Below, piece after piece: positions 39,296 to 53,206 of a stretch of 64,000 bases of DNA. The translations under genes and the position numbers were made by a program. The notes beneath the pieces are model-generated. The model searched no databases, was not told the origin of the DNA, and saw only the letters and a program-made list of their open reading frames with translations. How positions within the stretch are numbered: position 1 is the first letter of the stretch; the number at the start of each line of letters is the position of its first letter. This DNA is from Camelus ferus (Eukaryota), in contig NC_045696.1 in the NCBI RefSeq assembly GCF_009834535.1, positions 35,714,001-35,778,000 on the forward strand. The letters are read 5' to 3'.

Positions 39296-39464
39296 CAGTG
39301 GTCCTCTAACTTTAGTGTACAGAATAATCACACATGGAACTTATAAAAATACAGATTCCCAGTCTTTGTTTCTAGAGAATCTGATTCAGTAGACAGGGGA
39401 TTTGTCTAAGAAATCTGTGCTTTTAAATAGGCAGTGGCCTGTGGTTCATGCTTGTAGAATACTG
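39296..39464. mobile_element. MER5A-type MITE
   Basis: cagtggtcctctaactttagtgtacagaataatcac...aaaaatacagattccc...tctgattcagtag. Confidence 0.7.
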
Positions 39465-42400
39465 GGTGTGTCTGCCTACCTCTGTATCATTTTCTTCAGG
39501 TGCAGCATGGTTTGGGGCTGTGTATGTGTGTCACGCTTAGTTTCCATTTTTTATATTCACTATTTCATTTATCACCTGGTGCTATCTTCAAGTTTGTCAA
39601 ACCTTTTTCTTAAAAAGTAATCAGTGTCACTCAGTTTGTAAATGCAGTAACCTTTTCTGAGTCCTTACAGTCTCCTTGATTTTTGTGTCGTCCAAATATT
39701 GATGCCGCTCTGTTCTCCTTAAAGATTTATTGTCTTTGGCTTCACAGGCTCCTAGTCCTTTCTCTGTATCTGATTTCTTAACTTCAGATTCCTTTTTAAA
39801 TTCTTCAAATATAGTTGATCTCTATTTTATCTGACTTATACTTTCTTCTTTCCAAATTGATGACAGCAATTAACACCTCTTTGTGGTTAGACCACAAATC
39901 TGTATATGCAGTTCCAAACTAAAGGAGCCATATTCTAATATTTTTATCATTGTGTTAGACATCATTTCTCAGAGTCTGGTAGGCTAGCAAATTTAAGATG
40001 TCCAAAATTGAACACATACTTCTTGTAAACTGAATATATACTTTTTGTAAATTCACCACATACATTACCATATTAAAAACTCTGAAAAGTTCTATATCAA
40101 AAAAAAAAATAAGCTTCACTAGAGTTTCCCCAATTGTGTATGAATTGCACTGCCATTTTTTCATACACAAAATATGCAGTATTAGTATTAGGGTTCTAAT
40201 AGTTCCTCTGTTGCAATTCAACTTTAACAATTTTCTACATTATGATACTGTCATCTATTATAATCATCTTCCCTATATTTACATATACATCTTGTTTCCC
40301 TTATCAATTTGAATCCTCACAAAGAAAAAGTCAATTTCTGTTACTTCTAATTCTCCTAGCCCTGAGCCTAACATACTTAGATATTTACCATTAATTAGGT
40401 AGTAAACAAATGGTTCATTTAAAAGAAAATGGATACTTATCATTTATGTTTGAAATCCAAAATATAAACCATCTCCTTCTCCTTGTGGCTTAAAACTAAT
40501 AAAAATCTTCATCAAGCTTCTAATTGCTCATTACAATGGCTACAGTTATCTCAAAGCTCCTCTTTATGTAACCAGAATATTGGAATTGAAGAAATCTATG
40601 CTTCTCCTTATTGTTGACTGGGTCTGTGGAACACCATGGAAACTATGGTGGTACTGCAGTGTGTGTCAAATAATCACACAGTTAGAAACATATCATTTTA
40701 TTATGGGTTTATTCATATTCATTGGAAAGGAAGTAAATGGGCATGCTTTAAAACTCACCCTAGTGGGTATGTAGCAGTGGAGACATAATTTGGAGAGCAT
40801 AGCTAGGCTCTCTCTCTTAAGTTGCTCTCCTTGAACTATTCTGAAGGAATTGGATCAGCAACCAGTACTAATTATCCTGCAGAAGACTTTCTGGGTATTA
40901 CTTGAAACCAGATGACTTAGACTTGGGGAGATGTTCCCATGGCATAAATCCATGCAGAAAAGAGTCGTGTTAGAATTAGGATTGTGTCCACGAGGAGATC
41001 CCTTTGTGAAGATTTAACTTCATAAGTATTTTCTTCTTGGAATAAGAAATGCAAGAAACTGACATGAATGTTTTCCTTTAAACCAATTTATTTTCCTTCA
41101 TACTCAAATTTCACTTATTTCCTACATCAATTTCAACCTAAGGAGTAACAACTACATTATGGCCTTCAAAAATGTGCTTGATTCATATTTCTGAAGTCTA
41201 AATTCTCATCTGCTAAGTACCCCCTAGAGCAAAGTCTCTGGTCATAACAATTGACAACTAGACTAGTCATAAGTGCAGACAAGTATTATAAGCGTTCTCT
41301 GGGTGTTTGGATACTGTGCTGACCTACACTTTCGCTTTGAAAACGTGAATAACCTTTAATGGATTTGGTTAGCCATTGGCACATTTTGACCTCTGATAGC
41401 TATCATTGTGATAAAACTTGAAAAGTTTTCATTAGCCAATATGCAAGCTGTTTCCCTAGAATAGACTTTTTTTTCCTTGGAAAGCACTCTCAGTTTCTTA
41501 CAAATCACCCTCTTCATTATGAGTAGAGTGCCTTCCGTGTTTTTGTTTTTGTTCTTTTTTAACTTCATAGCCTATTTCTCAGACTTGGTGCCCTAGAAAT
41601 ATTCTGATGAACTCAGAAATTGGAGAGCCACACCACCATGCCTTCTCTTTCCTGGAAGAATTTCAATATTTTTAGATAATGAGCTTTGAGATAAAGTTCT
41701 TAAAAGCTATTAATATCTACTTTTTACTCATCTAAAGAGTATAGAAAAATTAATATGCTCATCTGTTCACTGCCCAAGCTATATGTTCCAGGGTTTTACA
41801 GAATTCTAATGAAAACTTGAAGGCTTATTTTCATCGTAATATAGTGATATTTACAAATCAGGGTTGACTACTGAAAGTCCATGTTCCTTTGTGGATATCA
41901 GATTACTGAGAGGGTCATGGACATTGTCTCAAAATCACTTGATTCTAATGACGAGAGTCATAACTCATTTGGTATTCATGGTTACTGTGTGACTTCTTAG
42001 TCATCACCTCTTGAGAATTCTCATTTGTTTTGAATGTTTCCAAATATAACCAGTATGAATTGTTCCATGGCACTAGGATATTAAAAAAAAACACACACAA
42101 CTCAAGATAAGGAAAGAATTTTAAAATCAGAGTAATTATCCTTAAACCCCCACTTCCTAAGGGAATGTAAAATGCAAGTTATTTCAGGGAATGCTCTCCT
42201 CTTACTGTGTGTTAAGAGAAGTCTTGGGGACTCAGTGGTGCTCCCTGGACTGGAAAGCTCGCACTGCTGCTTCTTCCTTTCCTTGGATTAAGGGAAGAGG
42301 TGGTAGCCTACTGAGAGGCCATGCTCAGGATTTCAAAGTGGTACCTGCCTGCTGGCAAAGGCAGCTGTGGCTCATGTCAGAGTTAGAGGTTGGGAATATA

Positions 42401-42891
42401 TACTGCAATTTAGGGAACCACAATACAGAAACAATGGCGAGAGTGTCTATGCCTATAAGTCTAGAAAAGAAATTGAATTCTGGGGTTTTGCTACAGGCAT
42501 TTCTGTAACAGAATCAGCAAAATATAATCTAAAACTGCTAAAACTAATAGCATAAAAACATACTACCTTGAATATCACCTTTCATCAGAGCTGCCACCTA
42601 GAGACCTAGAAAATTCTCTCCTCGAAACCAGCTAATAGGTTGACCTCAATATCTGTGTTGTCAGGACTTTATCTATTGATATTCCAAACAAAGAGTAAAA
42701 ATGAAAAATCAATAAATATTTACCCTTAGATAAGCAAACACCTGAAAATGGTAAGTGGCATTGCTCAAGGGCAAAATCTCCATTGAGAAATCAATGTTTT
42801 ATATTCTCTTTCGGGCTGGTATGGACACTTCACTAAGACTTCTAACTCCTGCTTATTAAGATCCTATCTGGTAGGTAGAACTGCCTAGAGA

Positions 42892-43607
42892 TATCTGTTG
42901 TAATACACTCAGGTTTTACGAACCTCATACGTGAGTCCCATGCAGTGAAGATTTATAGGTAGACCAGAACTTTTGGTCTCAAATAAACTTTTTATCTTTG
43001 CATCGGCTGTCTCCAGGCTGAATTTGAGGAGTCCAGCTCCAGGTTAGAATCCCCTCTGTGATCTTTCATGCCCAACCGACTGTAGGCAATTACAAAGCTT
43101 CACCTGGCAGGCCTCAGGGTGGAGGAAGCTGCCGTCTCCACACCAGACTTGATGCATGGCCAGCGCATTGCGGCTTTCTGGAGCAGTCAGGGACTCATGC
43201 TCACATGAAAACCTGCATTCCTAGCCCTGGTGCCTCCCTTTGGAGTCCTCTTTTCTCCACTCAGCACTTCTCTGCTCCTAAAACCTAACACTTCTCCTTC
43301 TCACTCCCTCTAGCCCTGTGGGTCCATAAACCAATGGGAGACTTTTGTCCAGCACTGTAATCAGTGAGAAGATCCCCCTTATCTGTGCTGATCCACCTGA
43401 CCCTTGCCTGGTGCTGCTCTCTGGGAAAAAACGGAGCATTAGAGACCTAGTACTGATTTTTGCCTCTTAATATCTCAGTAAGTGAATCAAGTCTTGATGA
43501 TTACCTTTAGTTTGGCTTGTTGTCCTCAGTGACCACCTAGAAACCTGGCAGCTTGACAGCCATGTGAAGCACACAGGTCTCTTCCCAGGCACTGCTGGGA
43601 ATTAACA
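42892..43607 (+). mobile_element. Solo ERVL-class LTR (MER54/MER74-like)
   Basis: 5-bp TSD agaga (42887-42891 / 43608-43612); ends ...aattaaca; internal gggtccataaa, ctgatccacctgaccct, tttggcttgttgtc. Confidence 0.65.
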
Positions 43608-44253
43608 AGAGAGCTGGGGAAACTGTAGTAGGTGGGAATTTTCCTCCTCTTCATCCAATTAGCCATTAACATATCCAATCAAATTTTTATCTGTACTGCA
43701 GTTGGCCAACTGCCCGCACATAATTATTTCAGAATTTAGACTTAAGAGAGAAAAGACATGAGTAGCATGTGTCTCTACAAACACAAACGGAATATTCCTC
43801 TAATACTTATTCTACGTGCTTGAGAATTATCAGGCCACTCTCACTGAATGCCTCTGATGAAATTAAACCAGCACTTCACTTTGCAGCTTACAGGGTACAA
43901 ACAGCCAGAGGGAGAGAAGGCATATAATAGCCTCCAGCTGGCATGAGAGAGCTACAGTGATTTTTCCTTCAGTGATGTGGCTGACACCTTTAAGCTCAGG
44001 CTGGCAGATGGAACCCAGAGGAGAGTATTAGGGGAAAAGAGAAGGGAAAGAAATAAGGGAGAAAAGTGGATTCTTCAGGGTTTCTGTATTTGAGCTAAAA
44101 AACCATATGGTGGCTACCCAGAGGCCTCAACCCACTTCTGCAAGTCAACCTGCTCATCAAAGAAGACCCTTTAAGAACTTGGGTTCTCTCAGATGCACGC
44201 ATTGGGCCAGGTGAGGTGTGCACTTCTCAACTCCAGGGCACTGATCTCACAGA

Positions 44254-44405
44254 CACTTCTCAAACAGAGTGAGCATAAACACTGCCTGGGATCTTGTTAA
44301 AATGCTGATTCTGAGTCATTAGGTCTGGGATGGGATCTGAAATGCTGTATGTCTAACAAGTTCCTAGAAATGATGTCACTACTCCTTATTAAAGGCTGTA
44401 GACCG
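44254..44405. mobile_element. MER5A-type MITE
   Basis: cctgggatcttgttaaaatgctgattctgagtcattaggtctgggatggg...tctaacaagttcc. Confidence 0.75.
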
Positions 44406-45214
44406 TGGTGGAAAAAGAAGCCCAGACTGCGCACTGTGCAACTTGCACAGTCACAGTGGCCGGGCATCAGCACTCGGATACTGCAAACCAAATGACTATT
44501 TTCTATAAACTAATTTTAAACATCAAAGGAAAAAATAAAACAAAAATTCTCCCCTTTCACCTAGTGCTCTTCGAAAAATCAGCTCTTTGCTAGCCTAACA
44601 TACCACTCTTACTCAATGGAGAAAGAAAGGGAGTTTTGTTTCCTTTTTTTTTTTTTTTAATAGCATACAGTAGCAAAGCCATTTTCTCTTTGCACTAGAG
44701 TCAAAATCTATGATTTATTTAACTCATTTCTGTCTTCAAAAAGACTAGGTACTCATCATCACTCAAGTAGTGTTAGATGTCTTTACTCTGGATAATATAT
44801 TATTTTTGAAGATTATCTAGTGTCTTATGCACTGATCTCTATGGGTGAAAGGAAGCAGATATACTTCCTAGAACTAATGAGACCCCACAGTTCAACTCTG
44901 ACTCATATGAAGTGCAATTTTGTGTAAAGCCTCTCCCAAAATACATGTCCTGAGGATTCTCACTTCTCACTCACATCTCATTTCTCACAGAGACCAAGTG
45001 ACTTACACTTTATGACATGGGGTTAGACAGACATTAAGGCCTGCCTCAGGTCCTCTGGTGGCTACCTGCTTAGCTCTTCATTTCTGCCTGGCACCGAGTA
45101 TAGTTTTTAGTACCCTAGCCCTAATGTTCTACACTTGACCAATGTGAAATGTTCAAGACAAAAAAAAAAAAAAATCTCAGAGGCTCAGTTTAATTGAGTC
45201 AGAGAGCAGAATTA

Positions 45215-46495
45215 CACTTCCAGCCATGATGAAGTAAGAGATATCACATTTATTCTCCAGCCTAACACAATTAAAAACATGGACTATATAGAGGAATCAA
45301 TGGTCTTCAGATATTAGTCAACAGGCAGCAGAGGGCAGTTATCTTGGAAGGAAGAAGGATAAGCAACATGAGCCAAGTAGCAGAGACAGGGTTGAGCATT
45401 TGAGGAAGCACAACATCAAGAATTCAAGAGTGGAGCCCAGGAAAGGGGAGAGTTGCACAGACAGAACTCAGGATGTGAAACAGATCCTCCTTGAATCTGA
45501 TTAATGATCATGTAATGCATGTGAGAAAACTACATGAAGCTGAAAAAAGGAGGAAACAGAACAACTACCAAGGCTCACAAAAGGCTGGTAATAGATCATG
45601 TTTTAAGAGAAAAAGAGAAGAAAAAGGATATCAGGTAAATTACTCAGGAAATCATAGTCTCTGTATTGGGGCCAAACTAGCCTAGATGAAAGGTTACTCT
45701 GATTCTGCCTAAAAAAGCTTTAAAAACTAACTTCAGAAGAATCAAACTGTACACAGATAACTTGACTGTGTCTTTAAATGAAGATTAAAAATATTTAAAG
45801 AAATACCAAAACAAAACAAAACAAAACAAAACAAACAAAACAAAACAAAAACCCAAAACTCTATTACGAACAAATGGAACTTCACAATTTCTGGCATCTG
45901 GTTAAAAAAAACTAAAGCTTACAGTCATGCACATGGGGGTGTACAACCCATAAAAAAATCAGTAGTAGAAATGAATTCAGAATGATACAGATGACAGAAC
46001 TACTAGACAAGGACATTAAAATAGCTACTACAAATACACAGCATATGTTCAAGAAGTTAAAGAAAAATATGATCATGTTAATAAGAGATATGGAAGATAT
46101 TTTTAAAAAGCCAAATCCAATTTCTATAGTTAAAAATACAGTGTCTCAGATTAAAAAAAATACACTGAATGGTATCAAGAGCAGATTAGATGGTACAAAA
46201 CAAAATATTAGCCACCATGAAGACATAGCAATAAAGTCTCCATAATGGAACACAGGAAAAACTGAAAAGTAATGTAAAGAATATCAGTGATCTATAGGGA
46301 CAAATTCAAGAAGCCTATTTGTCGGATTGAAAGTCCTATAAGGAAGGGAGTGAAAAAATATTTGAAAAAAATAGCTGAAAAATTTTCCAAATTTGAAAAA
46401 ATTTTAAACTTAACAATTCCAAAAATTCCATGAAACTCAAGCAGGGGACACATACTAAATTACACAAAGACACATCATATCCAATTTACTAAACC
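45215..46495 (+). mobile_element. Old L1 5' UTR plus decayed ORF1 (L1M/L1MD-like 5' end)
   Basis: cacttccagccatgatgaagtaa...caatggtcttcagatattag start; ORF 45982-46245 (MIQMTELLDKDIKIA...KNTLNGIKSRLD...ISHHED) resembles the L1 ORF1p coiled coil; (CAAAA)n at 45807-45850. Confidence 0.8.
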
Positions 46496-49400
46496 AGTAG
46501 AGAAGTTGACCTAATATGTATTTGTTCATAGAACAGAATAGTATAAGATAACCTCACTCATATTTATTTTCCATAGGTTGTGTGAAAGGGAAAAATGTTA
46601 TAATTCTATTGCAGGAGATAAATTATAGAGAAGCTTTTATTTCATTACATTCTTATGTTAGAATAAAAGCCCAAACTTAATATTGAGAAGAATCATTGCT
46701 CACAGTTCTGACAGATCCTGGGATTGCATTTGTATTTTCGAATTAGCCAATTATGATGATAGTTTTTTAAGAATTTGAAGAAAGAGAGCAAAAACAAATA
46801 GAAAAAAACTCTCTTGCAATATTAGATAATAATAATAAAGGAAGTTCTGTTCCTACCCTTTCTGGGGTACACTCTAATATGACATCATTTAAAATCAATT
46901 TTTGTCTTGGGAAGGAGGAAGATTTCTGTTTTTCCTTTGATATTTGCATATTATCCTTCCTGTTAGATTTAGTTATATTCTCTGTTTCCATTTTTATGTT
47001 CTGCTATCTCTGTATGGATCAACGAATACTGAATACACACAATACAGCACTGTTACAGGTTCATGAGAACACTATTAGTAAATGAAAACAAAACATTCTT
47101 CCCCAATGTACATTCTAGAATCTGATACATTTCTCTTGTATATTTTTAACAAGCAGATTTAGCATTAACTATTGTGAAAATGTTATCATAAGGGAAAACT
47201 AAAATGAACTTGTTTTATTTTAATTGAAAGAACTCTTTTTCTGCATTAGGTCTGTGAGAGTATGATTTTCAGACAGGTAAAGTTGTTGCTCTCGTCTCTA
47301 CTACAAACTGAACACTTACCAAAGATTTCATTTAATCCACCAATTAGTGAGATAAACAATAAACTGTTTAAATCAATTCAAATGAGAATTCTAGAGATTT
47401 ATATTCTGTACAGAATCAATGAATCATTCACACAGCTATGTAACCCAGTTCCAGGAAACAGCTACATTATTTCAGTTTTCTCAGAGATAACTTCTATCTA
47501 TTGCAGGAGAACAGTCCTATAGAATCAGATAATCTCAGAGAGTCAGTTATACGATGCCCAACATTCCATCCAAAGGACACTCAGCAATCTCTTTGCACAC
47601 CTCAAAGTCTTGCACAAATGCCTAACTTAGCATATTTGCCATTACAGGAGTGCTGTTAAGATTTTGCTAAAACTCATTAAAACTTTATCTCGATTAATTT
47701 TAAAAAATCATATTTATTATGATTTTTAAACTGATTCTTTATGAAATTGAGTCTAAGTGAAAAATAAAATCAGTGAATTCTAGAGAGAAAAGATTAAACA
47801 TTTACTTACTTCAAATTATAACTCACATGTAACAATTTCAACATATTCTCAAACAGTAAGTGGACTGGTGACTCCATTTGAAATAAATATTGCTGTCTGG
47901 AAGGTAAGAATATTAGCTGCTCCCCCAAATTGGAATAAAATTAGCTAATCTGAAAGAAGGCAAGGAAAAAAATTCTTCCCTAAATATAATCATTCTATAA
48001 GTGTCAAGGTAATATGTCTAAAAACTAACCATAACCACTTATCTTTTATTTTGCCTCAATGATTATTCCATATTTTCTTTGACAGGTCAGTAACTGGAGC
48101 ATGAAAGGTGATTCTTCAATTTCCTGAGGGTTATTTTAGAAGTAAAAACCAAATGATGTAAGGACTATAAAAGAATTTGTATTTTGAAGTTTACATTTAC
48201 TGTTTAAAATCATAGCTGTAAATCCTTAAAATAAAAAAGAAACTGATTTCTTTCTACCTAACAATTGCCTGTTTTTATTTTTTGGTAGCTCTTAGATACA
48301 TACTGCCAGTCTTACGTCAACATCTGAATGACAGAAAATACTTAGTTCTTTTTTTATTAATCTTATTTTATTTCTGACCATTTTAAGCCTAACTGCAACC
48401 TGTAGAATTACACAACTTTTATGATTATTTACGTTCATATCTTTCCTGTACCAGCCAATGAATATGACCGAGTGCAGAAATAAACTTTCACCCTGCCATG
48501 TGCTGCTTTAATACATACGCAGAGAATCTAGGTATCACCTTATTCATCTCTCCCCCACATGGAGCTCTGTACAGACCCAGCAATTTCTTCTTCCCTATCA
48601 CGAAATAGAGTTAATCCACCTTGTCTACTAACACCAAGTACATGGAATCTTTCACAGGCAATTAAAGTGACAGAAAAACGTTATCGAACTCTCTCCTCAG
48701 CCTCTCTGGGATGCACCTCATGAGCTGCTGGCTCTGGTACTTCTGTGCCTACTTTGTTTCTCGGCTCCAGGAAGACAGGGTCGTTTCGTTCCTAGTCACG
48801 GATTCTGGATTCCAACCAAACTGGCAAATGAAAAATAACTCAGCCGGGGCCATTTCACCGACCAGTGATCTCTGTCTGTGAGATAATTCCTCCCTGAGGT
48901 TTCTTTCTCTCCTCCTCTGTGTTCTTAAAGGCCCAACACAGGGCAGCGGGCTGTGTGCCACTGTCTAAGGTTTCAATTAAGACATGTTCAGAAATCAAAG
49001 AAGTAACATGCAGGCCTCCACAACAATGCCTTGCGTTTCACTCTCAGTTCTAGTCTAGAGATGGCAAGAAGCTTGAAAAATGTAGTTCATTAATCCCCAC
49101 AACAGGCCCCGGAGGCTGAGAGGACAGAGAGGGAGCCCGCCACGGGATCGGGCTTGAATGGTCTCTCTGTTGGTTGTGTACATTGGGAGCTGACTGTGAA
49201 ATCCATGTGGACGTCCTGAACCCTCTGGTTAACCTCATGGTGCAAATGCGTTGATCAAAGGCTCTCTGTCAGTATCTGATTAAGAGCCATGTAAGAGCAC
49301 TGAAGACATTTCCTTCTGGTTAACAACTCTGATTACAGAGGGCTCCTGGAGTGAGTTTTCCTGTAAGCATTCAAGTTGGTCCCCGGGCTCCAGCTGGAGC

Positions 49401-52400
49401 TCTAGGGTTTCCCAATGGCAGAGCTTCCTGTTGCTGAAGGCTTCAATTCATTCACAGCTTGTAAATCAGTAGCCTGTAAATCAACAGATTGAGCTACTAC
49501 TGTTTAAAACACAGTTTCCTCAACAAGCTTCCTTCTGGTTTTGTTTTCATATATCAAGGGCATGAAAAAAAAAAAGAGTCCAATTTTTAACACCTGGACC
49601 GATGGGGACTCAGCAGGAGAGGCATGTTACACCAGCTCTGCAGTTTTGTTTTTGTTTCAGTGGAGCGAGGATTTAGTGGCTAAAGTCAAGATAGCATTCA
49701 TTTAGAATGATAGAGGCGTATTTGGGGAAAATTGAAAATTATCATTGCTACATGCATCTCAACAATTTTTAATGTCTGATAAAAAGCATAAAGCTAAAAC
49801 CAGAATGAGAATCAAGACAGGTTCTTACTTCCTTTCTCTCCTGTGTTAAACATATGTAGATAATTTTTGGAAATTGATGTGAAGTGCTTAAACCAACTAT
49901 TTTGAACATTTTATATGACAGTGCATATTGAAACAGGATCAACAGCATGAGGACTAGTTAATTACCGAAAAATCTTCTGTTGTTAATGATTCAGTTACAC
50001 AGGGTAAGGCAACAAGACCTGCCATAACTGAAAATGCATCAAACTTTTATATTCATGGCTTCACTTATTATCACAGAGGGTTTTGGATGGTGATAACAGA
50101 TACCATACACTTCATAAAATATCATAATAAGCTTTTACTTATTATTGTCATGTCTATTTGAGAGGAGCAGAATTCTGTGAGAGATCATTTGCAGATCTTA
50201 AGGTTATGTTTGAGGCCAACATTAGCATTGATATTTAGTATCCAAGAAAATTAATAATTCCAATTTATACTAGTCCCTCTACTAAATGCAGCAAAATTCA
50301 CATAGAAACTTACCTGCGTCCCTTGCCAGGAATCTGGGATTATCTATATATTGGTTCTATTTACATGGTTGTCTCTACGATCTCTGATGAAGGGAATTTT
50401 GGAACTGATCTTTTGAGTAACATTATTACTATTATCTTTAAAACAGACTCAGATTTAAAGACTGATCCAGGATCTTGGAAAGGAGTCTTCATAAGCCAGA
50501 AATCTTCCTCTGGGACAGAGTAGACATGAAGAAATCTTGCTCCATTTTGCTAAGGAACACTCAGACAGTTTAACAGATGGTCACACTACTAGCTCACAGC
50601 TCTGCCCCGGAGGGGCGTGGTCTAGCCTCCCAGACAGGGAAGTATAATTCCCTGGGAGGAGACTCCAGAGAGAAGGTCAAAACAGGTAAAGTCTCTTCAG
50701 GGCCAGACCTTACTTGCAGGTAAAAATGTCTCCCTTCAGCACAAAAGAGCTGACACTCAAAGAGTCAAATGAGTTCAGTGGCAATGGTGGAGAGAGTGAC
50801 AAATAAACCACCTCGACCGCTGGAGAAAGGAAAGTACAGATTATGGGAAATGCCCCTCCTAATCAAAAATATATGAGACTCACAATTAGCATCCAGAGAT
50901 TACCATGCTAGAGCAGGGGAAATAGAATCAAAATCCCAGGGACAAATTGAGGCGGGACTGTTGCTCAGTACATCCGTGGCAAAAGCTGAACCCTGGCTCT
51001 GCCTTATGGCTGGTGTTGCCTTGTAAAAGCTGTATATACCCATACACCTAACTTCGTAAATAAAAACAGTTAGAAATTTTTCACTCATTAGTCTTTCTGT
51101 GCAAATCTTTATCAAATTGTTCCCCTCTCCTCAAACCCTGTCTACACCTCTGTCAGTCCAGCCACTTAGTAGTGTTTTTCAGAATTCCCACTCTGAAGAA
51201 CAATTTGTCATTAAGCATCAAGTTTTTATCTATGATTCAGTCCACATGCAAGTTTTAAAAGAATAAATTTCCTCTTATTTCACACATGAAAACAATAGTT
51301 ATTGCTAATTTTCATGTTCAGTCCCCAAATACACAAGATAGAGGGTTGCTCTCTATTTATTCTTGCTCACTATGGAGGACTCAAATCTATTGTCATGCTC
51401 TTGTCACTTAATAACCTTTCCTTATGACATACTTTACATTTGTTTATAGCATGACATCTCTGACTCCTCGTCAGCAGCCAGAATACTATTCTTATTTGAC
51501 TGTAGCCCTGCCAGTCTTCCTCATCATAACTGTTTTAACTTCCTATCTTCCCTAATCACTAAGCCCTCAAAATCGTTGTTAAAAACAGTCCTATCTCCTC
51601 AGTACTACTTATGTCCTAGAATACCTCCCATTTCTCCCATTGTAATCTCTCTGGTTTACCCATCTGCCTGTGTACGTGCCAAGTAAGTCCCACGTTCATT
51701 CTTCCCAAGTCAATTCATCAGAGACTTCCTAGGATGCAAAAAAGAGGGAGGAAGAAATCAGCAGCTGGAATCATTACAAACTCATTCCATCTATTCTACA
51801 AAATATGCCATCAGTAACCCAATCCATCTTCATTTTGGGTGAGTCACAACATTACAATAATTTAATTAAAACTGTAGCATAGGAGCTGGTTCCAATCTCT
51901 TTGGGTAGCAAAGAAAACAACTAAGGGAAAACACTGACAACCTATCTGGATTTTCTTATACTGCAGCCAGGTCAAGAAATGATGCTTCATGTCAGACTAA
52001 TGTTTAGGACTATGTTCCCAAATGATGCAAGGTTAAGTTTAAAAGAAATATATATATATTTCCTGCCCACATCCACCATTGGAAACCTGAAAAAACTGAA
52101 TGAAAGAATGTCTACAGGTATTATGCTAGAGTTCAAGACATTGTTTGAATTAGAAGAAATGTAATGAATCACAGGGAATGTTACTTTACCTTTTGAGAGG
52201 GGGATTGTTTTCCAAATACAGAGCTGAAAAGGGGGCTATATGTGAGCAAGAGAGGGCTCCAAGTGAGATACATTTGCCATGAGGAGAAAGAGCAGCTATA
52301 GGGCACACAGTCCCTGAGAAGGACTCAGTCTTGAAGATACTCTCCTTTTTAACTGATGTAAGGGAATGGCTGATTTAGCTACAATTCAACCTTTATTAAA

Positions 52401-52758
52401 TCCACAATAAAATGTCTTTCTTAGAAGTGCATAATATTTTTTTAAAAAGTAACATATATATTTACATGGTAACCCGGCATGACTATATTGGTAGAGACTG
52501 ATGACATTAAGGATGGCTCAAGGAAGATGAGAGTCTGATTTACCTAGTAATTACCTGGACGACTCAGCTAAAGCAGATGGGGAAGGAATCAAGCACAACT
52601 TGAGTAGTCTTCAATATAGAGTCACCTTGTTTTTTAGGTAAATGGCAAAGAGATTCAAAAGTCTAGGGAATGCCTAAGAGGATCCATGATCTTGGAGAAA
52701 TAAGAGCAAATTTTTGACTGTCATTTTATAGGATAGGAGGTTTAACCTGTGAAAGTAA

Positions 52759-53206
52759 TGTGAAGGAAAAACCGGGCTGGTCTGACAAGATATCTCATAA
52801 GTCTAGGAATGTGAAGGAGAGGCTGGGCTAACAAGTCTAAGTATTGGAATACTGATCTGAGTTCTGCTAGACTAACTCGTAAATCTAGGTTAATTAGTGT
52901 TGGTTTGCTGTTTATGTGTTTTTGCTAGCCAGCTGGATTTTCAAAGATACATATCTGGCTTTGGAATGTTGGTTTGCTGCCTCCCCGCCTCCACTTTTGT
53001 GATGATAACGCTGCTAAAGCTGTTCCATGCCTATTGGCCAAATACCCCAAGCTTGTACTTTACCCTATAAAACCTCATGTGCACATCTTAAAGGTACTCA
53101 GAGCTTTGGAGCAGAAGCCCCTCTGAGCCCGCCGGCGTAATACATCTGAGTACTCCAACCCTCCGAGTGGTGCTTGTTTCTTGACTGGCCTGTCGTTTCT
53201 GTAACA
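52759..53206 (+). mobile_element. Young ERV1 (class I)-type solo LTR
   Basis: TG...CA termini with perfect 4-bp TSD gtaa (52755-52758 / 53207-53210); GC box 52983-52990, ATTGG 53033-53037, TATAAAA 53066-53072, AATACA 53139-53144; CpGs retained. Confidence 0.85.

Noticed and set aside
45982..46245. 87-aa coiled-coil ORF as a domesticated gene
   Set aside because: Fragment of L1 ORF1 with stops and frameshifts on both sides.
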